DNA from: Octopus sinensis
Lineage: Eukaryota
Assembly: GCF_006345805.1 (NCBI RefSeq)
Contig: NC_043005.1
Location: 43,462,001-43,526,000 of the forward strand
Length of the DNA: 64,000 nt
Direction: 5' to 3'
The translations under genes and the position numbers were made by a program. The notes under the pieces were generated by a model that worked only from the letters and a program-made list of their open reading frames with translations, did not search any database and was not told the DNA's origin. Positions 12,716-24,666 of this stretch are shown here, piece after piece; position 1 is the first letter of the stretch; each line of letters opens with the position of its first letter.

Positions 12716-13059
12716 AGGCAATGTATTACTTGTAAACTTTGACAGCAAAATCTTATATGGACCCTGATTGAGAACCACTGATCTAAACAATTGTATTGAT
12801 CGGTTTGCTGTGTAATGCTATTTTGCATAAGAGGTGGAGCACAGCTAAGTCGTGAGAGTTACTATATATAGAAGTCAAACGGCTGATGATTGCATAAATG
12901 ATAACTATGGTGATATGGACATATGAAGTGAATGGTAGTTATGTACGAACACTAGACAGTACCAATGGCGGAGTTAGACTAAGAGAGAAGAGGCAATATC
13001 AAATTGTTGGATGCTGAGCAACACAGACGAGATGAAATGGGTTCAAGATGGGTTGTATT

Positions 13060-13270
13060 AGCATTAAGATAGTAAACTGGTAGAATTGTGAGTACTGCAG
13101 TCAAAATATTTTGTGGCATTTAGTCTGCCATCATGTTCTGAGTTGAAATTCGGCCAAGGTCAACTCTGCCTTTCATTCTTCTGGGGGATCAATGAAATAA
13201 GTACCAGTTGAACACTAGAGTCGATGTAATCAGCTTACCCTCTCCTCAGGAACAGCTTGCCTTGTGCCAA
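13060..13270 (+). mobile_element. SINE family B
   Basis: Family B core CTGCCTTTCATTCTTCTGGGG..AAGTACCAG. Confidence 0.75.
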
Positions 13271-13429
13271 AAATGTGAAGCTTGTATGTTGTATTAGCAG
13301 ACATATTCATCTTATACCAACATGACAAAAGGAAAAGGCATAAAAACAAGAAGGACGATGATGATGATGATGATGATGACAATGAGGATAACGATGGTGG
13401 TGGTGGTGGACTAACTTTCTTGTCTATTC

Positions 13430-13650
13430 ATAATTCTTTCTACTGGAAGCACAAGGCCTCAAATTTGGGGGAAGGGATCAAGTTAATTACATTGACCCCA
13501 GTGTGTAACCGGTAATTAATTTTATCGACCCCGAAAGGATGAAAGGCAAAGTTGACCCCAAGAGCATTTGAACTCAGTACATTTAAAACAGACGAAATAC
13601 CACTAAGCATTTCACCTGGTGTGCTAACAATTCTGCTAGCTCACTGCCTT
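13430..13650 (-). mobile_element. SINE family B (inverted relative to the 13060 copy)
   Basis: TTTATCGACCCCGAAAGGATGAAAGGCAAAG on plus. Confidence 0.8.
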
Positions 13651-14429
13651 TTACTTGTCTATTCATAATGAACACAAGGAAGGAATGCGATAGTCATGAT
13701 TTGAAAGCTGTGTATCTGTATTAACCTCTTGTCACACTGATTAAGAACAACACTCAGGATTATTTTACCAAAGTTTTACAACCAAAATTCTTATGAACAA
13801 TGTTAACCAAACTTATAAAGAATAGTAGTGATAAACCACAGGAGATGGTGATGTTAACCTCTTATAATATTTACTGAGAGTAAATGATTGGTGTTATCTC
13901 TGTCTTGATAGTAAGTTAGAGAAAAACAAGAAAAACTGAAACAAGTAAATTTAATTTCCATTCCCTAGATTTATATGAATTATTTTCAGAGAATTTCTTA
14001 AAGAATGGTTAATATTTTTGCTAATGACAGAGAATTAAGGTGAATATTATTTTTATCAAGTTAATAAATTGCTTGCAATAATGATGTCACAATTGAGTTC
14101 TGGTTTCTTTATATAATTTGATTGGAATTTTGTGTGTCCTTGTAGACAACTAAACATGGTTACGTTAACTGTCCAGCAGGTTTACAATCATTAATCTATT
14201 TAGTATTTCCTATCAGATTTTGTCTGGGAAATCTGTTTGATTTTTTTACCATTTCAGGAAGATACTTTCCTGAGAACTATTTTGCTAATTCATTTATTTA
14301 TTTTCATTTATTTTTTTAATCTTTCTCAGTCACATGAAGAATTCTTGCTGCTGCCGAATGGTAAAGATGCACTTCTATTTACTCTCTTCTCATGGTCTCA
14401 GACCTACTTAACATATCCCACTTGTCTCT

Positions 14430-14575
14430 TAACCCTTTAAGCATTTAAGCCAGCCATATCCAGCCAAAATATTCTACCTGCTTTATGTTCAAACAGACCA
14501 TGTCATTCTAAAAGTAAACAATCGCATCATCAAAATCTTGAAGCTATGAGATAATACGTGGTTAATTCAAAACAA
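14430..14575. mobile_element. piggyBac-like MITE, left part
   Basis: TTAA|CCCTTTAAGCATT start; body similar to the complete copy at 54188-54406. Confidence 0.6.
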
Positions 14576-14579
14576 TGTG

Positions 14580-14910
14580 AATCATCACCACCACCACCAC
14601 CACTTCCACCACCACTACCATCATCATCATCATCATCACCACCACCACCACCACCACCACCACCACCACCACTACCATCATCATCATCATCATCACCAGC
14701 ACCACCAGCACCACTACCATCATCATCATCACCACCACCATCACCACCACCACCACCACCGCCGCCACCACCACTACCATCATCATCATCATCATCACCA
14801 CCACCACCACCACCACCACCACCACTACCATCACCACACCACCACCACCACCACCACCACCACCACCACCACCATCACCACCATCATCATCATCAGTAGC
14901 AGCATCATCA
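14580..14910. repeat. Compound (CAC)n/(CAT)n microsatellite with a recurring CAC-TAC-CAT junction
   Basis: Read directly; explains the poly-His/Pro/Val/Met ORFs. Confidence 0.95.
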
Positions 14911-15275
14911 TAATTTCGTGTCTGTTTCCCATTACAGCAAGGGTTAGATTGTTTGACTGGAAACTAGTAAGCTAGAGAGCTGTTCCAGGCTCCAGTCTGA
15001 TTTGGTTTGGTTTCTATGGCTGGATACCCTTCCAAATGCCAACTGCTCCGAGAGTGTAGTGGATGCTTATTTATGTGCCACCAGCATGGATGCCTTTTTA
15101 CATGTCACTGGCATGGGTGCCTTTTATACATCACTGGCACTGGCTATGACTATGATTTTATTTGGTTTAACATGTCTTCTCAAGCACAGCAAATCACCAA
15201 AGGTGTTGATCACTTCTCACCACCTTGTCCCATGTCTTCCTGGGTCTCCCACTTCCAATGATGAAGGAATAATCT
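14880..15275 (-). mobile_element. RTE LINE 3' end: ORF2 C-terminus contiguous with repeat family C
   Basis: Minus translation GSGRPRKTWDKVVRSD..AVLEKT (RTE GRPRK.W motif) runs directly into family C sequence and its (GAT)n tail. Confidence 0.75.
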
Positions 15276-15324
15276 GAACACTATATTAATTACTCTGCTG
15301 ATCTTGATATACTAAATGGGAAAA

Positions 15325-15386
15325 TGTCTGTCTGTTTGTCTGTCTATCTGTCTATCTATCTGTCTATCTATCTATCTGTCTATCTG

Positions 15387-15460
<74 letters not shown>

Positions 15461-15480
15461 AATCAATCAATCAATCAAAT
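15325..15480. repeat. (TCTG/TCTA/TCAA)n tetranucleotide microsatellite
   Basis: Read directly. Confidence 0.95.
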
Positions 15481-16164
15481 AGCCGGTATTTCAACCAACT
15501 AATTAATAAAATCAATTAATCAAAACCGAGCTTAAATACAAACAACAACACCCCACAGCGGACTGTCTTCAAAACAATAATCAAAGTTAATGTAAAACAG
15601 TTAATGTCTATTTTATTTCTTGAAGCAATAAACATCTTTACACATCATTGCAATGGCAGAGGATGTACATACATTCGGCAACAACATAATAAGGAACATC
15701 TTTATCATTTCAATATCATTAACATTGCAAAATAAGAGAAAAAAATAAATGATTATTGTCAAAATAAAGGAAATCATCAGAGTATGGATAGTCAAGTCAA
15801 CAGAGAATACTAAACAATCAACAAACAGGCCAGTCATTTATATTGTGTTGAAAGCAATACATTGTATCAATGACGAAATTGTTTAATTTTTAGCAATTAA
15901 ATTTCCCTATCTTTAACCAGGTGGTACTGTACCTAGATAGTACAGTTCAGTGTATGATGACTTTTGTGTGATGATAGGTGGCAGCTTGCAGTGCTGAGTC
16001 TTTTACATTTTGTGATAAAAGTATTCAACACAAGAATTATCATTATTCTAAAATTCCTTGGATAATTTCATTTTCTGTATTTTTTTCCTTGGATAATTTT
16101 CCTTAAGAGAGTAAAATTATTACACACACACACACACATATATTAATAAAGGATAAAAAGGGTA

Positions 16165-16345
16165 AGGACCCCGCTTCGGTCATGAATGACCATGGGCTTA
16201 CACCTAGAAAGTTGCCCCCACCGAGACACAAGTCCGGGCAAGGTTGTTTTATGTAAAACCAGCAGTCATCCATGCATATCAGCCTCCCTTCTCCATGCCA
16301 CCAACGTTATTCTAAGGAAAAGGCAAAGGCTGATACAGCTTGGCA
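16165..16345 (-). mobile_element. SINE family D, 3' part
   Basis: GGTCATGAATGACCATGGG..GATACAGCTTGGCAC shared with 6975 and 54490. Confidence 0.75.
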
Positions 16346-16894
16346 CAGATGCACAGAATAATAGCAATCAAATAACAACAGCAGAGTGTACAACAAACAT
16401 CAGTGATCTGACTGTCACCTGTCCTCTTGACAAGAGATGCCAGTTAGTCTTTTACACCAATCAGGCTCATTTGTATTAGCCCAAGTCGGTGGGTAATTTT
16501 TCGTTCCTTTAAGAATATTGTAGAATGGAAGCTTTTCATATATTGGAATTTAAATTCTAATCTCTATAGAAATTTATTATTTCAATAAAAAATTGAATTT
16601 GAATTACGTTTAAATTTAACAACTAGGGCTGTAATTTCTGAGCCTGAGTCAGGCACGTGTGAACAATGATATTTTTTGACAATGGCACTGCTAAGATGAC
16701 TGCCAGATGCTGAATGAAAAAAAACAAACTGCGACCAAACTCAGTAAAGGAATCAGAGTTATTGGCTGCAGTTACATACTTGAAGTCAATGTTGGTAGAC
16801 ATTAAATCAGCTTGCAAATACACATTCACTTTATTAAATGAATTTATACTTGGACTAAGCCCAAACAGCCCAAGTTCCAGAATCACCACTGATA

Positions 16895-17382
16895 TATACA
16901 TATATATAAAACTGTAGTTGTGTGAGTGTCTGTCCCCTCGATTTAGATTCTAACTCCTTCCATATTTTGCGGTGCAGTTTACCAATTCGGGTATCTTGTA
17001 GTCGTGATTCATATCGAGCCCTCTGAGTATTAGCGCGTGTCTACAATGACTATGCTTTAAAAATATTTAACATCATTTTTTATTCCATTTTAATGCATAA
17101 TTTTTCGTGTGTCGATGGCGGCGAGTTGTGTCCACGCTCAAACACTGCATGTTTGCTTCTCCCCCTTCTTCCCTCCCTCGTGAAGCTGTGGGGAAGGGAG
17201 TTAAGGAAATTAACGTCGTAAAGCTTGTCAGGAGACCACGTTCTTTTAAAACAACGACTTCATGGCTTGAAGCACCAGAATGGCTAAGAAAGCCCGATTG
17301 GCATCTATAAGGAAGTACTCTCTAAAAATGCTTATATAGATATTTCCCTTACAAACCCGAGCAACGCCGGTGATACTGCTAG
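16895..17382 (+). mobile_element. Non-autonomous Helitron (unit 1 of a tandem pair)
   Basis: Ends CCCGAGCAACGCCGGTGATACTG-CTAG at 17382. Confidence 0.8.
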
Positions 17383-17772
17383 TCTTTATATATAAAGTGA
17401 AGTTGTGGTCTGTCTCCTACGATTTAGATTCCTAACTACTTCCACATTTTGCAGTGCAGTGTAACCAAAAGTGGGTATCTTATAGTCGTGATTCATATCG
17501 AGCCCTTCTGGATATTAGCGTGCATCTACATGAGTCTACGATTAAAAAAAAATTTACCATCATTTTTTGCCATTTTAATGCATTTTTTTGCTATTAATAT
17601 AAGGAAGTAACTCTCTAAAAATGTATTATTAAATCTCAGAACGTAAAAAGCTACAGTAACACCCCCCTTTGTGATTAGCCATATTGAGATGGCTATTATA
17701 CTTTACATCTCTAAAAATGCTTATATAGTTATTTCCCTTACAAACCCGAGCAACACCGGGCGATACTGCTAG
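17383..17772 (+). mobile_element. Non-autonomous Helitron (unit 2, head-to-tail)
   Basis: Starts TC immediately after the CTAG of unit 1; ends CCCGAGCAACACCGGGCGATACTG-CTAG|T. Confidence 0.8.
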
Positions 17773-17789
17773 TACATATATATATATCA

Positions 17790-19045
17790 ACAAAAAAGTA
17801 CTCCATCCAGTGAGAGATAAATACCATTTAATGCACACAAGTATAAAATTATGAGCTACTAATACAGATATAGTCTAGGCAAAATTTTATAGAATGTCTC
17901 ATGTCTCCAAATAATCTGAGCTCTGAACACTTGGTTTATACAAGTTACAAATCAGGACAATTGAACAAGAAGAATCATGAGAAAAAAATGAAAAGGCGGA
18001 TGAAAAGAGCGGAAGGGTGAATAAACACAAGAAAAGAAAAAAGAATTAGAACTATGTCGCCTTTGACCGAAATGCCATAATAAAGTTAGTTGTTCTAGAA
18101 TGAATCAAATTCTGCAATACAACTACTCAATTTGGAGAGGGTGGTTTCCTCCAATTTGCCAAAGAAATTTGTCCATGTTTGCATTTTCTGAATTCAGTAG
18201 TGTGGTGGAATACTTAGATCTTTCAGTCATGCATAAGTTGCATTTCTTAAATCCATTAACATATGGCATGGATTTGTCAACGATTTCCCACTTTATTATA
18301 TGTGGTGTGGGGTTGGTCTTCAAACCCTATACATGGCTAACCAACTTTGTGGCTTTACTTTTGTCCCTGTGCCAGAAAGAAGATAGGCGATTAGCATAGC
18401 ATCTTTTGAAGTCATTTTACATGATCTGATGTAATCCTTCTCTTTGGTAAGGTTATCATGTAGCATTGCTATAACTTCTGCCTCATACATGGTAGAGTTT
18501 ATCATGATCAAGTGGGCACGCCTGGTCAAGTGGGCAAGTTCGAAGGTCAAGACAGTTACAACTGGGAATGAGCTTTTGGTGATGTTTACGGGTGATGATG
18601 TTCTTCATACTGGCTTGGCAGCTATGTGATAATTTAAGTGAGCATTTGTTGAAGATCTTGCTGTATTTGGGATTTTCTGGGAAATCCTCATCTAAAAGAA
18701 ACAGGAATGTCTTACCTACATTAGTGTTAACATTTAGAGAGAGGACAAAATTGTTTCCCTTGATCTGTTTTTAGGATTACTTTTATGGTTCATATTTTTA
18801 TTAGAAGGGTTGTAATTTATCTTAACCTTTGGACCACTCTTAGTTAAGCTATTTTTATAGTAGGGGACTGCCTTACTATAAAATTTCTTTAGAAGAAAAG
18901 AGGTTGGATATCCTATTATTCATGTTAGCTATCAGGTTTTCAGACACTATAAGGGGTGGCAGGACTGTTTGTGTACATAGAAGAGTTTCTTGTCAGGCTT
19001 ATGGTAAGTTTATAAGTATGTGAGTTTAGATCTAGGGAAACACCT
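17790..19045 (-). mobile_element. Penelope-like element, 3' half (RT thumb, GIY-YIG, C-terminal Cys motif), decayed
   Basis: KPDKKLFYVHKQSCHP..NNRISNL, NTNVGKTFL..LDEDFP, KLSHSC..MKNII and IKWEIVDKSMPY.NGFKKCNLCMTE are PLE hallmarks. Confidence 0.85.
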
Positions 19046-19439
19046 GGATACATACATACATACATACATACATACATACATACATACATACATACATAAT
19101 ACACACATGCACACACATACATACATACAAATGTAAATACATATATACATGTATGTATGTATATATAATACATACACACACATGTGTGTGTACATATACA
19201 GAAGACTGCTTTAGCCGTATGTTGAGACTCTTTACAAGGTTTTGGCTGACACAATTACAATGTTTAGAAATTATTAAAAGCAAATTAAAAAGTAATTTTT
19301 CATCTTCTGAAAATTATTCTGTTAAATTAATAATAAAGGATTCTTGTGTAACACATTCAAAGTGGCAAGATGTTAGATTCCTGTATTTCATTGTCAAATA
19401 ATTAACTTCTGTGTTTCATGTCATTGATTGTTATTGATT

Positions 19440-19860
19440 CTCAGTTACCCACAACCAAATATTGCTCCTATGTCTATTGCTGCTGTGTGCATAGACTCCC
19501 TAGGCTACATCCAGAAAAGAGCTACCCTACTAATTAGCATAAAGGTACTCTCAAACATGCTCCAACCCCTGGGCCACTAGCAAAGTTCTCTCTCTTCCTT
19601 TTTGGCCAACACTATAATGATATCTGCTCCTCAAAGCTAGCTGGGCTCAAGCCATCTGTATTCAGCCATTTGTGATACCCTCTTCTATTTTCTCTGATCA
19701 TCTTTGTGTCTACCTCACACCAATAACCTGCTCTGTCCCTAATGCCTGGTCCTATCTTCCAAAACTATCATCCCTCTGAAACTTCCTCTTGGCTCATGTC
19801 TTTTTTACAGGTCCTTGCAATGGTTCAAGAGGAATTTTTATGACACCAGTCGCACAGGCC
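19440..19860 (+). mobile_element. CR1/Jockey-group LINE 3' fragment (decayed)
   Basis: DSL..IQKRATLLI..LQPL.H..; ..LPKLSSL*NFL resembles F.PR...LWN.LP. Confidence 0.55.
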
Positions 19861-21419
19861 TTAGGCAGCTAGTGAAGGCCATGGACACTGTCCATTTCTT
19901 CAGACGAATGAATTTTTAGACACAGAGGACACGGTATTCTTATTAGATATAACAACAACCTTTAGATTAATCTGCAAGAATACTCATAATAAATTTATTA
20001 GTTCTTACCTTAGCTATAGACATCTATAGCTACATCATAGAAAGGTTGTCTTTGATAGTAAAATAAATGCAAACGAAATGATTGAAATCAAAAAGCAATC
20101 CTTGCTTACTAGTGTTATAGTAACTATATGTCAACATTTCTGAGACAAAATATTGTATTAATATTTTAAATTTCCTGGAATATTAACTGAATCTTTTGTA
20201 TTTATATGTTTATCACTAGATTTGTCAAAAATTCTTTCATATAATTTTACATCATAACATTAAAACCTTTTTCTTTATGCAGTTTTCATTTCAGTAGATG
20301 ATACCAAATTTTTAAAAACATAACATATTTTCAAAGTAGATATATTTTCAAGCATCAATTATGCAGCACCAAAAATATAAATACAAAATTTTATGAACAT
20401 AGATTTTGGAGCTGTTTAAAATATTAACTGATATGTTTTACATATTTTTAAACATAATGATTTATTTCATTTGTGAAACAGCAAAGTTTACAGTCAGCCA
20501 ATATATGCTTTTACTCAATTCTATCTAAGTGAAACACTGAAAGTCTTGAGACCTTTCACTGGGCAATAACCTAATTTTAACCCTAGTTTTATGTCAAACA
20601 TGACATAAATGCAATTATCTATGTGATTCGACTCAAGCAAGAGAAAATAATTAACAGAAAAGTTGATCAGTGTCTCACACCATCAATGAACAACTCATTA
20701 ATGTCTCAACTATTCACCAACTGGTGTGATGAACCATTGACAAAATAAATTTTAGTACAATTACTACAAGATGAAGAATACGATTCCCTGGCAGCCTTCT
20801 ATTCATCAGTCAGCTCAATGCTGATCATAAATAGACTTTTCCTTTCACTTGCTCTCCTACCTCTCTCTCTCCTTCCCTCCCTCCAAATCTCTCTCCTTCC
20901 CTCTTCTCCAAATCTCAAATTTCTGTTTCTCAATCACTGTAGCCGCTCACCTTCCATCTTTCTCTCACTTTCTTCCTCTTTCTCTCAAGAACAACAAGAA
21001 CAAACTAAGAAGAATAGATAATTTAATAGATCTGGAGTATAACTGGAAATTAGATATTTATTATACTACTCATAGGTTACTGGAATCAGTGTGTTGGCTT
21101 ATGATATAAGATCTGTAATATCAGACTACTAGTTTGTAGAATTAAGGAACTAAACTATGAGGTCCTGCATTGCATGAATATATTAAATGCAGGAGGCTGC
21201 AAGTGGGTACAATAACTAGAACATTTCAGAGAGGATAAACAGGAATCTATCCTCCCCGAGATGCTTCATTCTAGCTTCATACATTTTACCTTTCATATCA
21301 TTCTCCTGACTATTAACAACAGTGAGTTCCAGTTATTCTGCCTTGGTATCTCTTTCTTTCCCTCATTTTGTGACATCATTTGCTGCTTCATCGCCTCCAA
21401 TCATTTAGAATATTTCTTA

Positions 21420-21544
21420 TCAGGTGCAGGAGTGGCTCTGTGGTAAGAGGTTTGTTTTCCAACCACATGGTTCTGGGTTCAGTTCCTCTGAACCCAGAGC
21501 TTTTTTCAGTGGATTTGGTAGACAGAAACTGGAAGAAGCCCATC

Positions 21545-21578
<34 letters not shown>

Positions 21579-21600
21579 ATCTGTGTGTGTGTTTATATAC
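21420..21600 (+). mobile_element. SINE family A, 5' half
   Basis: GGTGCAGGAGTGGCTCTGTGGTAAG head to the (TA/TG)n tract. Confidence 0.8.
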
Positions 21601-21816
21601 ATATGTTATAATTTAAAACAAACAGTAAAAGGTTTTCATTATAGTACTCGGAGTTTAGAATGCTGGAGTGAAGAGCTACAATACATTCTCATCAACTATT
21701 AATAGCAACAAATATAATGAATATATGTTAAATATAAGGGAAGTAACTCTAATAGGTGGTAAACGAAAAAAGAAAAAGATAAAAAACATTATAAAAATAT
21801 ATAAAATATATATATA

Positions 21817-22858
21817 TCTTTATATATATAAAACTGAGAATGTGTGTGTGAGTCTGTCTGTCTGTGTGTTTCCCTAAAACTTGAGAACTACACAACCAAT
21901 TTCATTCAAATTTTACACATGCCTTACTTAGGGTCCGAGAAGTGTCATCAGCAAAAAAAATGTTCAACTTCTTGCTTAGAGCAAGCCCATAGCAATATCA
22001 TATCTTCTCCACTATTTCAGTATTACGTGTTAAAAGTGAAACAAAAACATTTCTCTATTTTATGTCAGATACTTTCACTTTAACAATAAAAATAATAATA
22101 GCAATTGAATTACATGTAGTAAGTAATAATTAAAATCAAACTAAAGTGTAATATAATCGTAACATAACAAAAGTAAAAATAGCAATTGGTATAAAATTGC
22201 ATCAATGATTTGAACTTGAATAAGTGGTTTCACATGAATGGGAATAAATTAAGAATAAAATTAGCGTGCAGAAATGGAATAGTCCAGATGGATAATAAAA
22301 AATTAAATTAAAGAAAAGACTATTATCTATAAAGTATACAATGTAGAGAAAAAAGAAGATTTGAACACATGGAGGAGAGCACCTTCGAAAAGTATCTTGG
22401 TGCGACTATGAAAGATATCTAATTAGAGGCAGTAAATTCGCCACAATAGAAGTAAGGTTCGAGTCAACGGAGCGTGCAAGGGAGTACTCGGCTCGAACTT
22501 GCAAAGTGGAAATATTTTATTTTCACCTTTATATCTGGAACGTAGAACGTCCCGGAAAAAAATGTAAAATTCCCCCCCCCCCCGCGAAGTAGAGGCAGGC
22601 TGGATTGTAGCCACACTTCTGTACAAGAGGGTGGACAAGATACAATTGATTGAAATTACAAGAGACGGGCTAACAATTCCAGTCTGTTATATATTTTGAG
22701 TATTGTTATCACTAGCGATATCAAGATATAACTTTGTATTTTGTATTTTATGTGTAGATGTATATATGTAGATGTACATGTAATATGTACACATATATAT
22801 ATACACATATATACATGCACTAGCACTATGACCCGGCAACGACGGGTCTTTAATGCTA

Positions 22859-22859
<1 letters not shown>
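21817..22859 (+). mobile_element. Helitron-derived segment (5' TC-(TA)n start; 3' hairpin-CTAG end) enclosing unrelated DNA
   Basis: A|TCTTTATATATATAAAACTG start like the 10969/17383 elements; GACCCGGCAACGACGGGTC-TTTAATG-CTAG|T end at 22859; whether both ends belong to one element is unproven. Confidence 0.55.
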
Positions 22860-22905
<46 letters not shown>

Positions 22906-22908
<3 letters not shown>

Positions 22909-22997
22909 GGTGAGGCAAAAGTCATGCACCATAGGAGCTGATTAATAATGTTTTAAATGTCTAATTTGTTCTGAGGTCACATTCTTTTGTTGTTACA

Positions 22998-23049
<52 letters not shown>

Positions 23050-23715
23050 GCACACACATACACATGCATACATATGTCTGTGTTTTTAAGCCAAGTACTT
23101 ATTCTATTGGGTAATTTTACCATGTACCAAGTTATGGGGACATAAACGCACTAATGGTAGTTGTTAAGCAACAGACAGAAAGACATGTACAAACTAAAAT
23201 ATATATAAACTGGGTGAGGCAATAGTCGTGTAAAATAGGGATAGTTTATTAAAAGTTCAATTATGATACAAATGAAAATCTTATTTGCTAGTTATTTAAT
23301 TGCATGTGCTTTTCAAAATGCCATCCTTCCTTTCATAACACATTTGGAACTGGTTGTAAAAGTTTCTATAACAGCTGCCGTTGATGTTGGATTGGTTGTT
23401 CTTTTTGGTCTGCCACTCTGAGGGTGGTCAGCCAGTAGCTTTAAAACGATTAATTAAATGTCCAACAGTTGACTTATCAATTGGAAATCGGTGTGTGGAT
23501 TCTGCCAGTTGAATTCCTCAGCAACAGATTTGTGAACAGCACCTACTTTCTCATGCATAAACACTAAGGGAACTTGTTCATCCTTCGTTAGTTCATCCTT
23601 TGTTACTTTGGTAAAATTGTTTCTGCAAATAAGAAAACATCAGAACAAATTAGACCATTTTTGAAACATAATTAATTAATTAACACCTATGGTGTACGAC
23701 TTTTGCCTCACCCTG
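22906..23715 (-). mobile_element. Tc1-like DNA transposon remnant (deleted, composite)
   Basis: ~30-bp TIRs CAGGGTGAGGCAAAAGTC(A/G)T(G/A)CACCATAGG flanked by TA; minus translation LTKDEQV..VAEEFN..PIDKSTVGHLINRFKATG..SGRPKRT (HTH); extra TIR near 23208. Confidence 0.8.
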
Positions 23716-23985
23716 TATATATATGTATATGATGGGCTTCTTTCAGTTTCCATTTACAAAATCCACTCACAAGGCTTTACTTGACTTACAGCTATAGTAG
23801 AAGACGCTTGCTCAAGGTGCCACACAGTGGGATTGAACCCAGACTCATGTGATTGGGAAGCAAACATCTTACCACACAACTATGCCTTTACAATTTTGAA
23901 ACATCAGGAAGTGTTGGCAAAGATAAAACAGTATCAATGTCCATTTATTTTGATATACCTGTGTATGTTATATATATATATATAT

Positions 23986-24117
23986 AGGCGCAGGAGTGGC
24001 TGTGTGGTTCAGTCCCACTGCATGGCACCTTGGGCAAGTGTCTTCTACTATAGCCTCGGGCCGACCAAAGCCTTGTGAGTGGATTTGGTAGCCAGAAACT
24101 GAAAGAAGCCTGTCGTA

Positions 24118-24173
<56 letters not shown>

Positions 24174-24390
24174 TGTGTGTGTTTGTGTGTCTGTGTTTGT
24201 CCCCTAGCATTGCTTGACAACCGATGCTGGTGTGTTTATGTCCCCGTTACTTAGCGGTTCGGCAAAAGAGACCGATAGAATAAGTACTGGGCTTACAAAA
24301 GAATAAGTCCTGGGGTCGAGTTGCTCGATTAAAGTTGGTGCTCCAGCATGGCCGCAGTCAAATGACTGAAACAAGGAAAAGAGTAAAGAG
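23986..24390 (+). mobile_element. SINE family A, near full length
   Basis: Head, (TA)n and tail with most CpGs intact. Confidence 0.9.
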
Positions 24391-24508
24391 TATATATATA
24401 TATATTGATAGAAATGGTAAGACAACAAAAGAATGAAAGAGACCTCAATATTATGTAAATAGAAGAATTTATCTGTAAATGTAATATGTGACAATTATTC
24501 TGTAGCAT

Positions 24509-24569
24509 GATAAAACTCGAAGTTTTGGATGTCTGGGTGGAAATCCACACCGCCATCTCTTCAGTTATC
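24509..24569 (-). ncRNA. Type I hammerhead fold, G12>A (probably inactive)
   Basis: Minus strand GATAA-CTGAAGA-GATG..CATC-C-AAAAC-TTCGA-GTT-TTATC. Confidence 0.6.
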
Positions 24570-24607
24570 TGGCCATCCGAAAAAATGCTCTTTTTTTCCA
24601 ATGGCCA

Positions 24608-24666
24608 GATAACTGAAGAGATGGTGGCGTGGATTTCCACCCTGACATCCAAAACAAAGTTTTATC
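24608..24666 (+). ncRNA. Type I hammerhead fold, G12>A (probably inactive)
   Basis: GATAA-CTGAAGA-GATG..CATC-C-AAAAC-AAA-GTT-TTATC: stem I GATAA/TTATC, stem II GATG/CATC. Confidence 0.6.

Noticed and set aside
14558-14975. Poly-Pro/Ser (extensin-like) and poly-His ORFs
   Set aside because: Pure trinucleotide repeat open in all frames, continuous with the (GAT)n tail of a family C copy; no splice or codon evidence
19870-19910. Minus-strand CTGAAGA followed by a 6-bp hairpin (ATGGAC/GTCCAT)
   Set aside because: No GAAAC or cleavage-site stem; chance match
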